The notes below the pieces were generated by a model. The model did no database searches. It had not been told where the DNA came from and saw only the letters and a list, made by a program, of their open reading frames with translations. This document shows, one piece after another, positions 11,120 through 24,648 of a DNA stretch of 64,000 nt. Every line of letters begins with the position of its first letter. The stretch's first letter is position 1. This DNA is from Octopus sinensis (Eukaryota). Location of the stretch: assembly GCF_006345805.1 (NCBI RefSeq), contig NC_042997.1:142910001-142974000 (forward strand), in the 5' to 3' direction. The position numbers were made by a program, and so were the translations under genes.

Positions 11120-12617
11120 ATAAGAGGTGTATAAATATCAGAGGAAGGTTAACAGGGAAAATAGTCTTTGTGTGTGGCAAATGCACAGGTACAATAAACA
11201 CTAGAAATATACTGAAAATAGACTCCATCAAATGCCAGTGAGGGCACCTAGAAGTCGTTGATAGCTTTTGTTATCTAGGTGACCAAGTCAGCAGTAGAGG
11301 GGGATGCTCCGAGAGCATAGCTGCTAGAATAAGAATAGGCTGAGCAAAGTTCAGAGAGCTGCTACCTTTGTTGGCAACAAAGTGCCTCTTCCTCAGAGTG
11401 AAAGGTAGATTGTATGATGCCTGTGTGTGAACAGCCATGGCGTGGGGATAGATGATGTAGGAGGAGGGTTGTGAAACATGGCTGAGACTTCAGAAGACAT
11501 GTGAAGACCTGAAAGAATTGAATCTAGTATGCTCTGCTGGATGTGCAATGTCAGTGTGCATACATAACAGAGTGTAAGTGTCTTGATAGAAAGGTTGGCA
11601 TAAGTGGCATCATGTGTGTAAGGGAGGCAACTGTGCTAGTATGGTCATATGCATATAATAATAATGAAATTATTGTATACAGTGCTCAGGTGCACCACAA
11701 CTTGTCAAAAGTGCGTATAAAGTATATGCAGTAATGTACAAATGTCTGGAAAGCAAACAATGTATGAGTCAGATACATGCTTGTGTGTGTATGGAGGGGA
11801 GGAAATCGGGTGTAGTGTTGGCGAATCTCAGAAAGCATGGAAGTTTTGAAGGATGCAGTGCTCCGACAACTAACAACTGATGCTGGCAGTTTGTTCCATG
11901 CTTCAGCAACTCTCAGCATGAAAAAATGTTTCCGAAAGTCATGGGAGCTGTGCTGTTTTCTGACTTTGTAAATATGTCCACGGGTGTTAGATGGGTGGAG
12001 TTTGAAAAGGCGCTCAGAGTTATTGTTTGTAAGATGGTTGATAATTTTATGTGTGTCTGCCAAGTCAGCTGCCAGACGTTGGAGTTTCAATGTGTCCATG
12101 CCCAGGGAAGGAAGGCATTCAGAATATGGCAAATGCCTGATGGAGGGTATTCTTTTGGTTGCACGTCGCTGAACGGCTTCCAGGAGGACAACTGCATAAA
12201 GAAGTGTTGATCTCTAACTGTGGTAGAGGTAGAATCAGGAAGACATAGGATGAGGTTGTGAAGCATGATCTCCAAATGTGGGATCTCACAGAGGCAATGA
12301 CAAGTAGTCATGGACTTTGGTGACTTGCTGTGCTTGAAAAGACTCATTAAGCCAAATGAAATCATAGTGTGGCCAGTGCTGAAGACACATTACAGCATCT
12401 GTGCTAGAAGCACGTAAAAGTACCTGTACTGGTGACATGTAAAAGGCACCTACTACACTCTCAGAGTGGTTGGCATTAGAAAGGACATCCAGCTATAGAA
12501 ACCAAGCCAAAATCAGACTGGAACTTGATGCAGCTGCCTGGCTTACCAGTTCCAATCAAACCATCTAACCCATGCCAGCATGGAAAGCAAATGTTAAATG
12601 ATGATGATGATGATGAT
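11120..12617 (+). mobile_element. 5'-truncated RTE LINE (ORF end, 3' UTR, (GAT)n tail) interrupted by a CR1-type fragment
   Basis: Translates as LEVVDSFCYLGDQVSSRGGCSESIAARIRIG*AKFRELLPLLATK..RVKGRLYDACV. After the insert: EDNCIKKC..DEVVKHDL..LTEAMTS, then the UTR. Confidence 0.88.
11654..12184 (-). mobile_element. CR1/L2-type LINE 3' end nested in RTE
   Basis: LEAVQRRATKRIPSIRHLPYSE..TRGHIYKVRKQHSSHDFRKHFFMLRVAEAWNKLPASVV (typical CR1-group C-terminus) with an (ATT)n tail. Confidence 0.88.
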
Positions 12618-12821
12618 GGCCCTTCAGTCACTCTGTTGTTTCTGCTAAATATTAATAATATGCATGCATACATACCTACATACATACATATTACAATTGG
12701 ATGTGGTAAGTTATGTTAATTCCTGATTTAGGTGAAAGGAAAAATTCTTAAGGTTTTTGAATCTGAGTCTGAAGGAACCTTCAGTTGTACCCACATATTT
12801 CTCCATGTCTGTCACTAAATT

Positions 12822-13513
12822 GGAATAAAATTCAGACCTTTTACCTCTGTTGGTAACAAAAGGTCTTTCTCTCCAAGTGAAAGGGAGATTATATAATGCA
12901 TGTATACAAACACCAATGCTACATGGTAGTGAGATGTGGTCCCTGAATGCAGATGACATGCAAAGACTAGAGAGGAAGGAAGCTAAAACTCTCCACTGGA
13001 TGTGCAATGTCAGCATACATGTGCGACAGAGCCCTAGTTTATTGATAGAAAAGTTAGGCACAAGAGGAATTAGATGTAGCGTGCAAAGGAGAAGACTGTT
13101 GGTTTGGTCATGTGATGTGTATAGACATAGATAGTTGCATACAGAAGTGACAGTCACTTAAAGTGGATGGGACATGTGGAAGAAGGAGACCCAGGAAGAC
13201 ATGGGAAGTACTGAAAGCCAATGTCAAGACACTGAGCCTTACAAAGGGGATGACAAAGATGCCTTGCTATTCTCAAGGAAACCCATTTACCACAGCAGAA
13301 CTGATACCAGTGCCAGTTCCACATGAAAGCTGTACCATGTTAAAAGCACCCAGTCCATTCTACAAAGTGGTTGGCATTAGGAAGGGCATCCAGTCATAGA
13401 AACCATGCCTGAACAGACAATGGAGCCTAGTGCAGACCCTGACCTTACCATCTCCTATCAAACCATCCAACCCATGCCAGCATGGAAAATGGTGATTAAA
13501 TGATCATGATGAT
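12822..13513 (+). mobile_element. 5'-truncated RTE LINE inserted into the PLE endonuclease region
   Basis: ORFs LVTKGLSLQVKGRLYNACIQTPMLHGSEMW..RRRL and GTCGRRRPRKTW, followed by the RTE 3' UTR and (GAT)n. Confidence 0.88.
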
Positions 13514-14429
13514 ACCACCTCCACCTCCTACATAATGGTTTCTATATTGCAATGGCCATTAAGTGGATGTGAAGCATTACTTCTGAATGAGTAGCATGCT
13601 TCTGTTTCAGGTTTGGGACTACTAATTAACATTTTCTCTATGCCAAGAGCACAGCTTAAACAGAGCCTCAACTTGTGTCTATGAAATATTTTCCTGTGTC
13701 TATTTTGCCCTGTTTAGGGAAAATGTTTGACTAAACTAAGGAAGATCCAGTCTACACAAGTTTTTACATTCAAGGCAAATGGGAAGGTAAACCATATGAC
13801 TTTATGGAGGCTTGGTGGAGTTAGGGCTGGACATAAACCTAATTATATCCTTAAAAACACAAGCAGCAAGGGCCTTATTGTAATATGGGGCTGCAGTGTC
13901 AAAAATTTCCTTCGAAGAATAGATTGGAGACATTTCAGCTAACACTTTTTGCCAGGTTCTTGAAAACTATGGTTGGATGGCAGAAACTGCTATTAACATA
14001 TGTCAACATCCCATCCAGTTTCTGAAAGGGTTTATAGATACAAGTATCTAAGTCTGTCACATCCAGGAAATAGGTTTCTGTTGTGACCTTGAGCCCAAGA
14101 GAATCAAGATTAAGGATTAACTTTTTCTTGAGTTTATTGAGTGTGTGGCCATTTGCTCCTCTCAATAAAGCCAAAACATCATTCTTATAGAGGCTAAAGT
14201 TAGATGAGAATTTCTTAGTGAGAATATGTAGAATGAAAAAAGCCTATGTCACATACATCAGCATTGTTGAATGCTCCCATCACAACACTGAAAACACCTT
14301 CAAGGTCAACTTGCTTGACCCAAGTCAAGCCCTTGTCAAAAAGTAGGGTTTTCCTGGCATGCATGATGATGTTTATGTTCTCATTGCTAACACTGGTAAA
14401 GTTCAATGCCCTAAATAACAAATCGCTTA

Positions 14430-14703
14430 GGCACAGGCCAACCAAAGCCTTGTGAGTGGATTTGGTAGATGGAAACTAAAAGAAGCCTGTCATATATATA
14501 TATATGTTTGTGTGTCTGTGTTTGTCCCCCCACACTCCATTGCTTGACAACTGATGTTGGTGTGTTTACATCCCCATAACAACGATTCAGCAAAAGAAAC
14601 TGATAGTACTAGGCTTACAAAGAAAAGTCCTGAGTTCGATTTGTTCAACTAAAGGTGGTGCTCCAGGATGGCAGCAGTGAAATAACTTAAGCAATTAAAA
14701 GAA
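14430..14703 (+). mobile_element. SINE family A partial copy inserted in the PLE RT
   Basis: CCAACCAAAGCCTTGTGAGTGGATTTGG...GGTGCTCCAG; PLE coding similarity resumes on both sides. Confidence 0.8.
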
Positions 14704-16802
14704 TATATTGACTTGAGTGAACTTTACTCTACCTCTTCTAGTATTGGTTTTAAATCATGAGATGACCTTGTTGGTGTTGTGCCAAAGGGAGAGACCACAC
14801 GCTCTCCTAATGTCAGTGTTAAAATTCCTGAGCATGTGTTTGCTCACCAAACTGATCTCTGACTTCACAGGGCTGATTAGCCAGTATTTGGGGTCAGAAG
14901 CAAAGTCAGAGTTATAATCCTTAATTGACATAACAACCTCTTTTCTCCCTGGAGTCACTATCTTATCATTGCCGCCTAATCTAAAAGCTATTTCTTTTAC
15001 ATCATTGTTTGTGTTATTATAAGTCTGAAGGGAAGCTTTCTGTATGATAATGATGGTTAATAGCTGTGTGTATCATTACCTAATCCATATAAATATTTTA
15101 GCCTTGCGTGAAAAGAGTAAAGCTTTATTAGAAGACTTAAGATTATAAATGTCTACTCTATGTTTATTGGAAAGGAGTAGAGAACTTATGGAATCTCAGC
15201 TTTGGTATGATATCCAGGTTTCAAAGTCTTACATCTACTTGATCCTGGGTGGGAATTTTCTAGACCTAATGCTGAAAAGCTCAGAATCTGTGAGCAGTTG
15301 TACATAGTGATAGAAAGAAAGCTTTCCATCTCATAAGCTTTACCAGATTCCTCATCTTCTTCAGTAGCATCCTTGTATAGAAGACAGAGTTTGGATGTTC
15401 TTTGTAGATGACCGTAAGCAAATTACAGAAGGAGAGCGCTTGTCTTTCATGGAGTTTCTGAGGTTTCATGAGGGAGAATATATATTCTAAAGACAATGAA
15501 CAAAAACAAAACAAAAAAGAAAAAGTGTCTTAGATTAATGCTTAAAAAGTAAAGAAAACAGTTTTAAAATGTTGGTACATTGGGCCTTCATCAGGAGAAG
15601 AGCATAACAGAAAAATAAAGGAGTGTGGAAGAGGAAAAGTAGATGAGAAAAGAAGAGGAAAAAAGCATGTGGGACTAAGGGCCAGATGGAAATGCAGTTC
15701 TATAGGGAAGGGACAAAAAGGTAGGCAAGGGTAAGTGTGCATGTGTATTGAGATGAGCATAAGGGAGTGAGTAGTTTTTGGTATGTGTCTATGTATGTGT
15801 ACGAGGAAAGTGTGGACATATGGAGGTGGGAGTGAACATGAGTGTGAGGTAAAAGGAAAAGTGAAAGGAATGTGGAGGAGTAATACAAATGTACGTAGTA
15901 GTATTGGTGTGAGATGTTGTAACGTGGAAGAAAGTTATAAACAAGAGAAGAATAAGAGGGTACAATACACACACCATCAGCAGCAGCAATGTTTTCACAA
16001 TAGGTTAGAAACAAAGAATACTGCTTGCATAACAGTGACACTCGTTTACAACTATCATATAATGTCAAGGCAAGGAGACAGTAACATACACAAACATACT
16101 TACACACAGAGGAAAACACACACACAGAGAAACATACACACACATATATACAAAGAGTTTCTTTCCATTTTCATCTACCAAATCCACTCACAAGACTTTG
16201 GTGAGCCTAGATCAATAGTAGAAGACACTTGCTCAAGGTTCCACACAGTGGGACCAAAAACATTTGGTTAGGAAGCAAACTTTTTACCACAGAACCATGC
16301 CTGTACCATTTTCCCTATTCAAATAAATACATTCTCAATTAATCTCATTCTTACCACAATTCTGTTTACCATCTGTTAGATTCTCAGAAGATTTCTTCAC
16401 ATCATTTTTCCATTCTACTTAAGTCTCCTCTTTCACAATCCATGCCTAACATCCAATTCCCAAGATACCTTTATATACCTGAGAAAGCTCAATTCATTCA
16501 TCCTTCAGAATAATATCTCACTTCTTGCACAACATCATCTTTTGACGGATGACCTAAGGTTTGATGGGGGAGTAGAGGGTCAAACAATAATAATAATAAT
16601 TACAACTATAGAACTAACAATCACCAACCTCTACCTTTTCATTAACATGCATACAGATGTCTTTTCTTCTACTATTTAACACAAATGTTACATTACTATA
16701 GATTAGACCAGGTCTTTTCATTCTCTCTCTCTCTCTCTTTCTCATTCAGTCTCTCATGAGTGTATATGTGTATAGATATACACATGTGTATAAATATATT
16801 TG

Positions 16803-16875
16803 TATATGAGGGGGTGCTGAAAAGTTACTGGCTTTGGATGAAAGAAAATACAGGAAGATCAGTTAATTATGATTT
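16803..16875. mobile_element. Mariner-like terminal inverted repeat fragment
   Basis: TATGAGGGGGTGCTGAAAAGTTACTGGCTTT resembles mariner-type TIRs; only one end is present. Confidence 0.4.
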
Positions 16876-16876
16876 T

Positions 16877-17030
16877 CATCATCATCATCATCATCGTTTA
16901 ACGTCCATTCTCCATGCTAGCATGGGTTGGACGGTTTGACCAGGGATCTGGGAAGCCAGAAGGCAACACCAGGCTCCAGTCTTATCTGGCAGTGTTTCTA
17001 CAGCTGGATGCCCTTCCTAACGCCATTCCC
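16877..17030 (-). mobile_element. RTE 3' UTR fragment
   Basis: (CAT)n plus the conserved UTR motif. Confidence 0.8.
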
Positions 17031-17401
17031 CTCTCAGATTCACACAATATTGCAGCAATCCTTCAGTTTTCTAAGTGCTGTAAAAGAAACTGGAAGGTTG
17101 GGCCTCTGACCAGGCCTTTCACAACACCCTTAAAGCCAGGAACCTTTCAACCACTCTCTCATATACACGTATGTCTATATACATATGTTAATGTTTGTCT
17201 TTACATTTAGTTGTAATAAAACCAAATTTTACAATAATCTGAGTGATTACTCTATACTTTTGTAGAGTACAAATTTATTTTTAAAGAAGAATATTGTTGA
17301 CAGTGATTTTGAAGTTTCAGCCAGTTAAGCCATCATTGAATGATGAATTAACTGGTCAAAACTTTGAAGTCACTATCAACATCATTCTTGTTTAAGAATA
17401 A

Positions 17402-17463
<62 letters not shown>

Positions 17464-17666
17464 GTTTCTAAACTGAAACTGTTCAACAAATGGGAACGTG
17501 AAACTCTGAGTAACAGTTTTTGTGATGTCTTTGCAGCTTTATTAATAAAGTATATTACTCTACCTCTGGTTTTCAAGTACTATTTTTTCCACTTTGTTTC
17601 TCATTTATGTGCTTACTCTAGTGTACACGCACCATGCAGCTTCCCGAGAGCATTTATACATTCATA

Positions 17667-18172
17667 CCATAAATCCTCGAGTATAATCCGCATTTTTTTT
17701 CCAAAATTTAAAGGTCAAAATCCCTAGTGCGTACTATATATATTTTCTAAGCAATGATGTCCAAGTCTCTATTTGCTGTTCGGCAATGTTTATTCAGACG
17801 CATTTTGTGATGTCGGGCACGAAAATACCTTAAGCTAAGCCTGAAAGCAATGAAGTCATAAAAGAATCATCCATAACTTGCAGTAAGCAACATTTATCAA
17901 AATAAAAATATTCAGAACACAGAATAACATGTAACAAAAACAATTTGCAAACATATTTACATTCCCACATAACAGTTAAGAACATCACCATTATTGTATT
18001 ACGTATGCACAGAAGTGTTTGTTCGACTAGGTGCTGCTGGCTTAATTACGCACGGCTCAAGTTAGAGAAGGGGTGTGTATTATTCACAAGGTTTAGGTTT
18101 TTCAGAGGTACAGCCCCCTAAAAATCTCCTGTGTATTATACTCAAGGGCGGACTATACTTAAGGATTTACGG
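17667..18172. mobile_element. Tc1/mariner-superfamily (pogo/Tc2-like) MITE
   Basis: Imperfect TIRs CCATAAATCCTCGAGTATAATCCGC / GCGGACTATACTTAAGGATTTACGG, with TA on both flanks (17665-66, 18173-74). Confidence 0.8.
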
Positions 18173-18313
18173 TATCTGTTAACAGTTATTTTTAATACTT
18201 TTCTTGCTGGATTGCATGTTCATTTCTCTTTTTGTCATCTGTGATTTTATTTTTGATCTTCTATATAAATAAAAATATTTCCTCCGTCTAGTTGTTTTCT
18301 CTTTACAAAACAG

Positions 18314-18467
18314 AAAGTTACATTGCGGAACAGTCATTTTAACAAGTAGTATTGATCTATTTATCATCCGACGAGATACATCTGCACCACCTGATGCTCC
18401 TGAACTAGTGGTAGAGTACCCCACCCAAGAAGAATCGATGGTAGATGTGTCAAAACAATTGTCGTGA
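18314..18467 (+). CDS. Candidate terminal coding exon of an unidentified host gene
   Basis: Long pyrimidine tract plus CAG acceptor (18312-13); 50 open codons KLHCGTVILTSSIDLFIIRRDTSAPPDAPELVVEYPTQEESMVDVSKQLS*; ATTAAA at 18471 then a GT-rich tract. Non-repeat sequence, no homology recognised. Confidence 0.35.
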
Positions 18468-18526
18468 TTAATTAAAAAAATCTCGTATATTCCATCTTGT
18501 GTCTTTCATTTGTTGTATATATATAT

Positions 18527-18860
18527 CTTATATAAAATCCATTCTGTCTGTCAGTCTGTCTATGTGGCTTCTAGGATCTCGGGCATCCTCCATCCGATTG
18601 CGCTCAAATTTGATATGTAGATACTGACGGTATCAGGGCATGTATATGTCTTGAAAAAATGACAAAAATCAATTCCAGGTGAGAATGCGATCGATAAAGC
18701 CATGGGAAATCGTTTTTCTTTGGAATAGAAAAAAAGTCTATCTTTATTTCTTCTTTTGCTGGTGTCTCAAATTTAGGTTAAATCAGTTTTACTCAAAGGG
18801 GAAGCCTATGGGATGGTCGGACAAGTTCTTTTGAGAAAATTTGGACGGGGGGGGGACGTT
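18527..18860 (+). mobile_element. Helitron-like 5' portion
   Basis: A|TCTTATATAAAA start followed by TCTGTCTGTC, as in the other Helitron 5' ends here. No CTAG 3' end found. Confidence 0.45.
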
Positions 18861-18867
18861 TTGCTCG

Positions 18868-18904
<37 letters not shown>

Positions 18905-21003
18905 GTATGTGTGTATATACAACTTGCAGACATGCGCGTGTGCACACACACACACACACGCACACAAGTTGCAGGCATGGCTGTGTGGTTAAGATGCTTG
19001 CTTTCCAGCTACATGGTTTCAGGTTCAGTCCCATTGCATGGCACCTTGGGCAAATGTCTTCTACTATAGCATCTGGCCAACCAAAGCCAAAGCTTTGTGA
19101 GTAGACTTGGTATATGGAAACTGTGTGTGTCTATGTGTGCATGTATGTATGAATGTATGTATGTATGTATGTGTGTGCATGCATGTATGTGTGTGTGTGT
19201 GTGTATGCATGTTTGTGTCTCCTTGTTTAAACATCATATGATAGTTGTAAATGAGTGTGGCCATCACACAAGCTTGTCATTCATTTCCAATCATCTGTGT
19301 AAACAACTCCAATTTTGCAGAAATATTGGTCTCAAATGTTGGCACAAGACTAGCAATTTAAGGGGATGGAGCAAGTCGATTACATCAACCCCAGTGTTCA
19401 ATTGACCCAGAAAGGATGAAAGACAAAGTCAACTTCAGTGAGATTTGAATCTAGAAAGTAAAAAGACAGACAAAATGCTGCTAAGCATTTTCCCCAGCAT
19501 GCAAACCATTCTGCCACCTCATTGCCTTAACCATACAGAACTATCACCTTGATTACTGATGAGGGTTGATGATAGGAAGGGTATCAGGCCATAGAAAATC
19601 TGCTTCAATGAATTCCACCTAACTCATGCTTGTATGGAAAAGTGGACATTATGATGATGACAAGGATGAGGATGATGACAGCACCATGTTAGTAAATTGC
19701 TAGAATCACTCGACTAGAATATGCTAGAAAGATTCTCACAGTTTTTATATTCTTTTAATTGTTTCAGTCATTGAACTTCAGCCATGTTGGGGCACCACCT
19801 TGAAGGGTTTTAGCTGAATTTTATGGATCCCAGTACTTATATTTTTTTCAAGTCTGGTACTTATTCTGTCAGTCTCTGTGACTGAACTGCTACGTTACAG
19901 GAAGGCAAACAAACCAACACCAGTTGTCAAGCAATGGAGCAGGGGATACAAAGCCCTACACACACTAGCAATGCATCCAGGTGTTGCCTGGGTGTTATGA
20001 CATATAGCTATATTGCATTATTTGTTCCTTTCTTATGGGCAGAATCAGTACAGCTGATATATAGTGAACTGGATTACTGGTGTAATGGAAGTAACAGTTT
20101 GTTTAAAAGTAAAGTAGGGAAGGTACAATTTGCATGGATTTGCATGAACGTGCTTTCTGCTCTTAAGAAGGATCACAAACTATGTATTGTTTCATTGTAG
20201 AAAAGGGGGTTAATATGATTTTGCCCAGAAATCGCATTTTCAAAATTTTAGTTTCCCCCCTGTCCCCACAGCAATTTCTTAATTTGTAACTTTTTTACAA
20301 ATTTTTTTATCCATGTAGAAAAATACAGAGATTACAAATTTGGGAAATATATATTTTTTTAAAGTTTAATTTTTCTTAAAGAAACACTCAATGCCCCTTC
20401 CCTCACCTTGCACACCCATCACCTACTCTCTTTCAAAAGGCTAAAAATACCTGATGTTTTAATTTCATCTGATGTTTAATGCATGCATAGAATTGTACTG
20501 AAATAGCAGACATAAAAAATGTTAGAGTATCACCAGAAAACCCGGTGTGCTAGAAACAACAGCCTTCTGAGTGAATTTGGAAGGTGGAAACTGAAAGAAG
20601 CCTGTCATATATATGTGTGTATGTATGTGGGGGGTGTTTTTGTGTGTGTGTGTATGTATGTATTTGTGTGTCTGTATTTGTCACCCCACCATCCCTTGAC
20701 AACCAATGTTGATGTGTTTACTTAGCAGTTTGGCAAAAGAGACTGATAGAATAAGTACTAAGTTTATAAAGAATAAGATCTGGGGTTGATTTCTTTGACT
20801 AAAAGGCAGTGGTCCATCATGTCTGCAGTCAAATGACAGAAACAAGTAAAAGAGTAAAAGAATATCTATATATTTAATGATGATGATGATGATGATGGTA
20901 CACCTAGGTCATTTTTCTCAGTCATTTATATATTTAGTGTCATTCTCCTCCTATGTTCTGAGATCAAACCCAAACCAAGTTCAATATATTTCATGTTGTA
21001 GAG

Positions 21004-21413
21004 CTGTGGTTTTCAAGCAGGGTCCACATGAAACCTTGCAGGTCCATGTAAGATTTTGTTCTTAAAATTTATGTGCAACAAATTGGTTATAATTCTACAA
21101 TACACAAAATATTCTAATAATTTTTTATACAGTTCCTAATGATATTTACTGTATTTTAACGTGTATAAAGAACCCTTTTTTGTCAAAAATTAGGTTTAAA
21201 AAATATGGGAGTTTCTTGTACATGTATAGTATTATAATCCCTTACAAAACCATTTTTCCAAATTTTAAACCCCCAAAATTAGGGGGTTCCTTATACACGT
21301 AGTTATAAAAATATAATATGACTTTTTTAAACATCGAATGGCTCTAAGGGTACACTTGAATAAAATAGAAATTAAAGGGGTCTATTGTTTAAAAAAATGG
21401 TTGAGAAGCGCTG
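21004..21413. mobile_element. hAT-like MITE with 8-bp TSD
   Basis: Ends CTGTGGTTTTCAAGC / GGTTGAGAAGCGCTG; flanks TTGTAGAG and CTGTAGAG (7/8 match). Related piece at ~29750-30107. Confidence 0.75.
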
Positions 21414-22509
21414 CTGTAGAGCAATAAGGTGAGAATCAGGTGTGTACTGAAACCAATTCAGTTGACTAAAGCACTCAATACATTCTGTGAAGTGGTTGGT
21501 ATTAGGAAGGGTAGCCAGCCATAGAAACTAAGTCAAAGCAGACATTGATATTTGACAAAGGTATCTTGTTCATTGGCTCCTGTCCAACTGTCCAACCCAC
21601 AACAATATGGAAAATGGATGTGAAATGATGATGGTGCCAGTGGTGACAATGATGATGATGATGATGATGATGATAATTCTTTCTACTATAGGCACAGGGC
21701 CTGAAATTTTGGGGGAGATGGGGCCAATCGATTAGATTGACTCCAATATGCAACTGGTACTTAATTTATCGACCCTGAAAGGACGAAAGGCAAAGTTGAC
21801 CTCGGCAGAATTTGAACTCTGAAACATAAGGACAGACGAAATACCGCTTAGCATTTTACTTGGCATGCTAACACTTCTGATGGCTACAATAATGACAACT
21901 ATATAAGTATGAGTAGCATTCACATAAGATGTGGGAGTTGTTTATATCAAAACATGAATATTTTTCTAAAAGAAAATTATAAACACCCAGCTGTCTACTA
22001 CTGAAAAAAAGAAAGAAACAATGATGGGTTGCTTTGCAATGTATATTTGTCATGCATTATTTGTGTGTGTGTGTGTGTAGGTCAGTGGCCAGCAGTAGAA
22101 GAGAATGATAGTCACTTGTATCAAGCTATTGTGGTGTGACAATGGAACTTAATTGAAATAATGGGAAAAATCCATCAGTAGGGTAGCTATATTCAATCTT
22201 CTATCAATTAACGGCTAAAAGAAACAGAAGTTTTATCTCACACAGGAAATCGGTAAAATCTTATTATCTATAGTATTAAAATATAATATTAATGTATAGC
22301 ATATATTTTGAAATGTTGATTTTGGTTGAAAATATTTTTCCAGGCATGGCTGTGTGGTTAAGAAGCTTGCTTTGCAACCATGTGGTTTGGGGTTCAGTCC
22401 TACAGTGTGGCACCTATAGCAAGTGTTTTCTTCTTCTATAGCCCCAGGCTGACTTATATAACCTTCTAAGGTTATATAAACAGTAACTTATATAACCTAA
22501 TTCTATGAT

Positions 22510-23335
22510 ACAAACCTTCTGTTTTAAAATGATCTAAATTTCATGTTAGTTTATGGTTCAAACACCAGCTTAAAAGCGAAAGTGTTATTTTACTAAATTC
22601 TTCATTATTTTCAAAACTAATTGAAACAAAGGCAGTATATTGTAACAAAAGGGTTAAAGTGATCTAAATTGATACCTTCCATCAAAATTTCATGTTAATT
22701 TATGATTCAAACTTCAACTTAATAATGAAAGTGTTATTTTACTAATTGAAACAAAGGAAGTCTATTTTAACAGATATATGGCAACAAAAGTGTTAAAGTG
22801 ATCTAAATTCCATCAAAATTTCACATTAATTTATGGTTCAAACACCAACTTAATAATAACAGGAATGTTATTTTATTAAATATATATATAAAGCTGAAGT
22901 TGTCTGTGTGTGTGTGGTAGGTTTGGTAGCCTTCAACTAACACTATCTCCTCCGAGACCCTGCGGCGCAAGTTGACCAAAATTGAGACTATGATAGAAGA
23001 AGGCTTGCTCTTCATTCCATAGAAGAAAAAATTCAAATCGGACCATGTTAACACCAAAAATTATTTACATCAAAAAGGTGCTTTTTTTCTATGAAAATCC
23101 CTATTTTTTACGATTGTTTGACTACTGTGTCACCATTTTTCGGTGTATTTCAACCAAAAAAATGTTCGCTTAAAGAGAATAACAAGCTACATAATGCAAA
23201 GTTTTTACTTTTCAAAAATTCCAATCCTAAAGGGTCGAAAAGAAAACAAACCTGTTAGTTATTCATTATTTTCAAAATTAATTGAAAGAAAAGCAATATA
23301 TTTAAACAAAACTATAGTAACAAATGTGTTAAGTT
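22510..23335. repeat. Three ~140-bp tandem units of a piggyBac-like MITE end, interrupted by a Helitron-like insert (~22882-23258)
   Basis: Repeated TTTATGGTTCAAACACCA.CTTAA...CTAATTGAAACAAAGG...AAAAG(G/T)GTTAA. The insert begins TATATAAAGCTGAAGTTGTCTGTG and ends CTGTTAG. Confidence 0.55.
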
Positions 23336-24276
23336 GATAAAAAAAGCAGATATGTGGTTGCCATTCCTAGAAGTTTATGTGACTATGTAGAGTCTCCCTA
23401 GTTGAGCTTGGAACACACTAGAATAAACTAGAACATACTGGATAGAAACGAAATATAAAAAAACAACATAGTATGCATGTTTATATCAGAGAAAAAAAAT
23501 CAACCCTTAACCATTACCACTACAATCTAACTAATAAAAGTCTCCTTAAGACTGCTGCTTACAATAGTGAGCTGTACTTTATGATATGTACAGTGATTAG
23601 AAAAGTAGTTTGAGAGAAGAGATGAGAAGTTACATAGACAAAGATGTTTCAGTGTACCTAAGACAGCAATAGATATGTACTTTTAGTGAGAGGAAGATGA
23701 AGATGAGATAGTAAACAACTTCGAACAACAAGAATCTCAAGATGAAATATCACACAAGACTTTTTTGCCTCCATGGGCGTGAAAACTGTAAATAATAAAG
23801 AATCAAAGGTATTGTGTTTACAGATGAAATGGCTGATGGGAGGTGGCGGGAAGGAAGAAGCAGGGGTAAAAGTTGCAGAGCATGAAGAGGTACTTAGTGG
23901 AGAAGAAGAAGAAGAAGAGGAGGAGGTGGTGGTGGTAGTGGTAGTAGTAGTAGTAGTAGTAGAGGGGAGGGGGAGGGCAAAAATAGTAGATTGTCTGAAT
24001 ATCTAACCAAGCACTGCAATGCTTCAGATTTATATAGAGAAATGGTATGCAATGGTGTTCATACCCTTTATAAGATCATTTGCAGTGTAACTAGAATGAA
24101 ATGTTTGTCTTAAGTGGAAATCCCAAATTCTGTCACGAGCTGGAAGCCTAAATCCAAGTTGTAAGGGAAAGTTATGAAGCAAAAATTAATTAACAAATTA
24201 AGAAACAATACCAGTAGCATATGACGTAATTCTTTACTCCATAATTTAGAATTAATTATTTAGTTTTAGTTATTAA

Positions 24277-24648
24277 CTAGCAGTATCGCCCGGCGTTGCT
24301 CGGGTTTGTAAGGGAAATAACTATAAAGCATTTTTAGAGAGTTATAGCCAAAAAATAGCAAAAAAAATGGGAAAAAAATTATGGTAAATTTTTTTGAGAG
24401 TTAAAAAGGTCGAGTTGCGTCCCCTAGACAGTCTGTGGTTTGTGTTTCTGATTCTCGACCCCATGTCGAATTTATCGATTTTTTTCAGAACTGGGGGAAC
24501 TTTTCAAAATTTTCGCTGCGTTAGTTTTGAATTATGACATTGGGCTATGTGTGTGTCAAGTTTCATCAGAATCGGTTGAAAGCCGTGGTCAGGTTGAGGG
24601 TACAACCTAACAGACACACAGACAAACTGCCGTTTATATAGAGAGAGA
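24277..24648 (-). mobile_element. Non-autonomous Helitron (family H1)
   Basis: Reverse complement of 9751-10136, with TC 5' end, CCCGAGCAACGCCGGG hairpin and CTAG 3' end. Confidence 0.88.

Larger units (their letters stand above)
12695..15520 (-). pseudogene. Old near full-length Penelope-like element ORF relic (RT + C-terminal GIY-YIG) with nested insertions
   Basis: Collinear decayed motifs: LVKLMRWKAFF (~15330), IKDYNSDFASDPKYWLISPVKSEIS (~14900), HARKTLLFDKG..FSVVMGAFNNADVCDIG (~14300), FLDVTDLDTCIYKPF (~14050), EIFDTAAPYYNKAL, KVIWFTFPFALNVKT, HPLNGHC, YVGTTEGSFRLRF (~12780). Confidence 0.85.

Noticed and set aside
15555-15600. Minus-strand CTGATGA upstream of the old PLE as a hammerhead
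   Set aside because: The position fits a pseudo-LTR, but no stem II pairing, GAAA or stem I can be formed.
17039-17168. Open frame with a GTATGT donor
   Set aside because: The acceptor abuts an RTE fragment, the donor lies in microsatellite-like DNA, and the phase does not fit the 18314 candidate.
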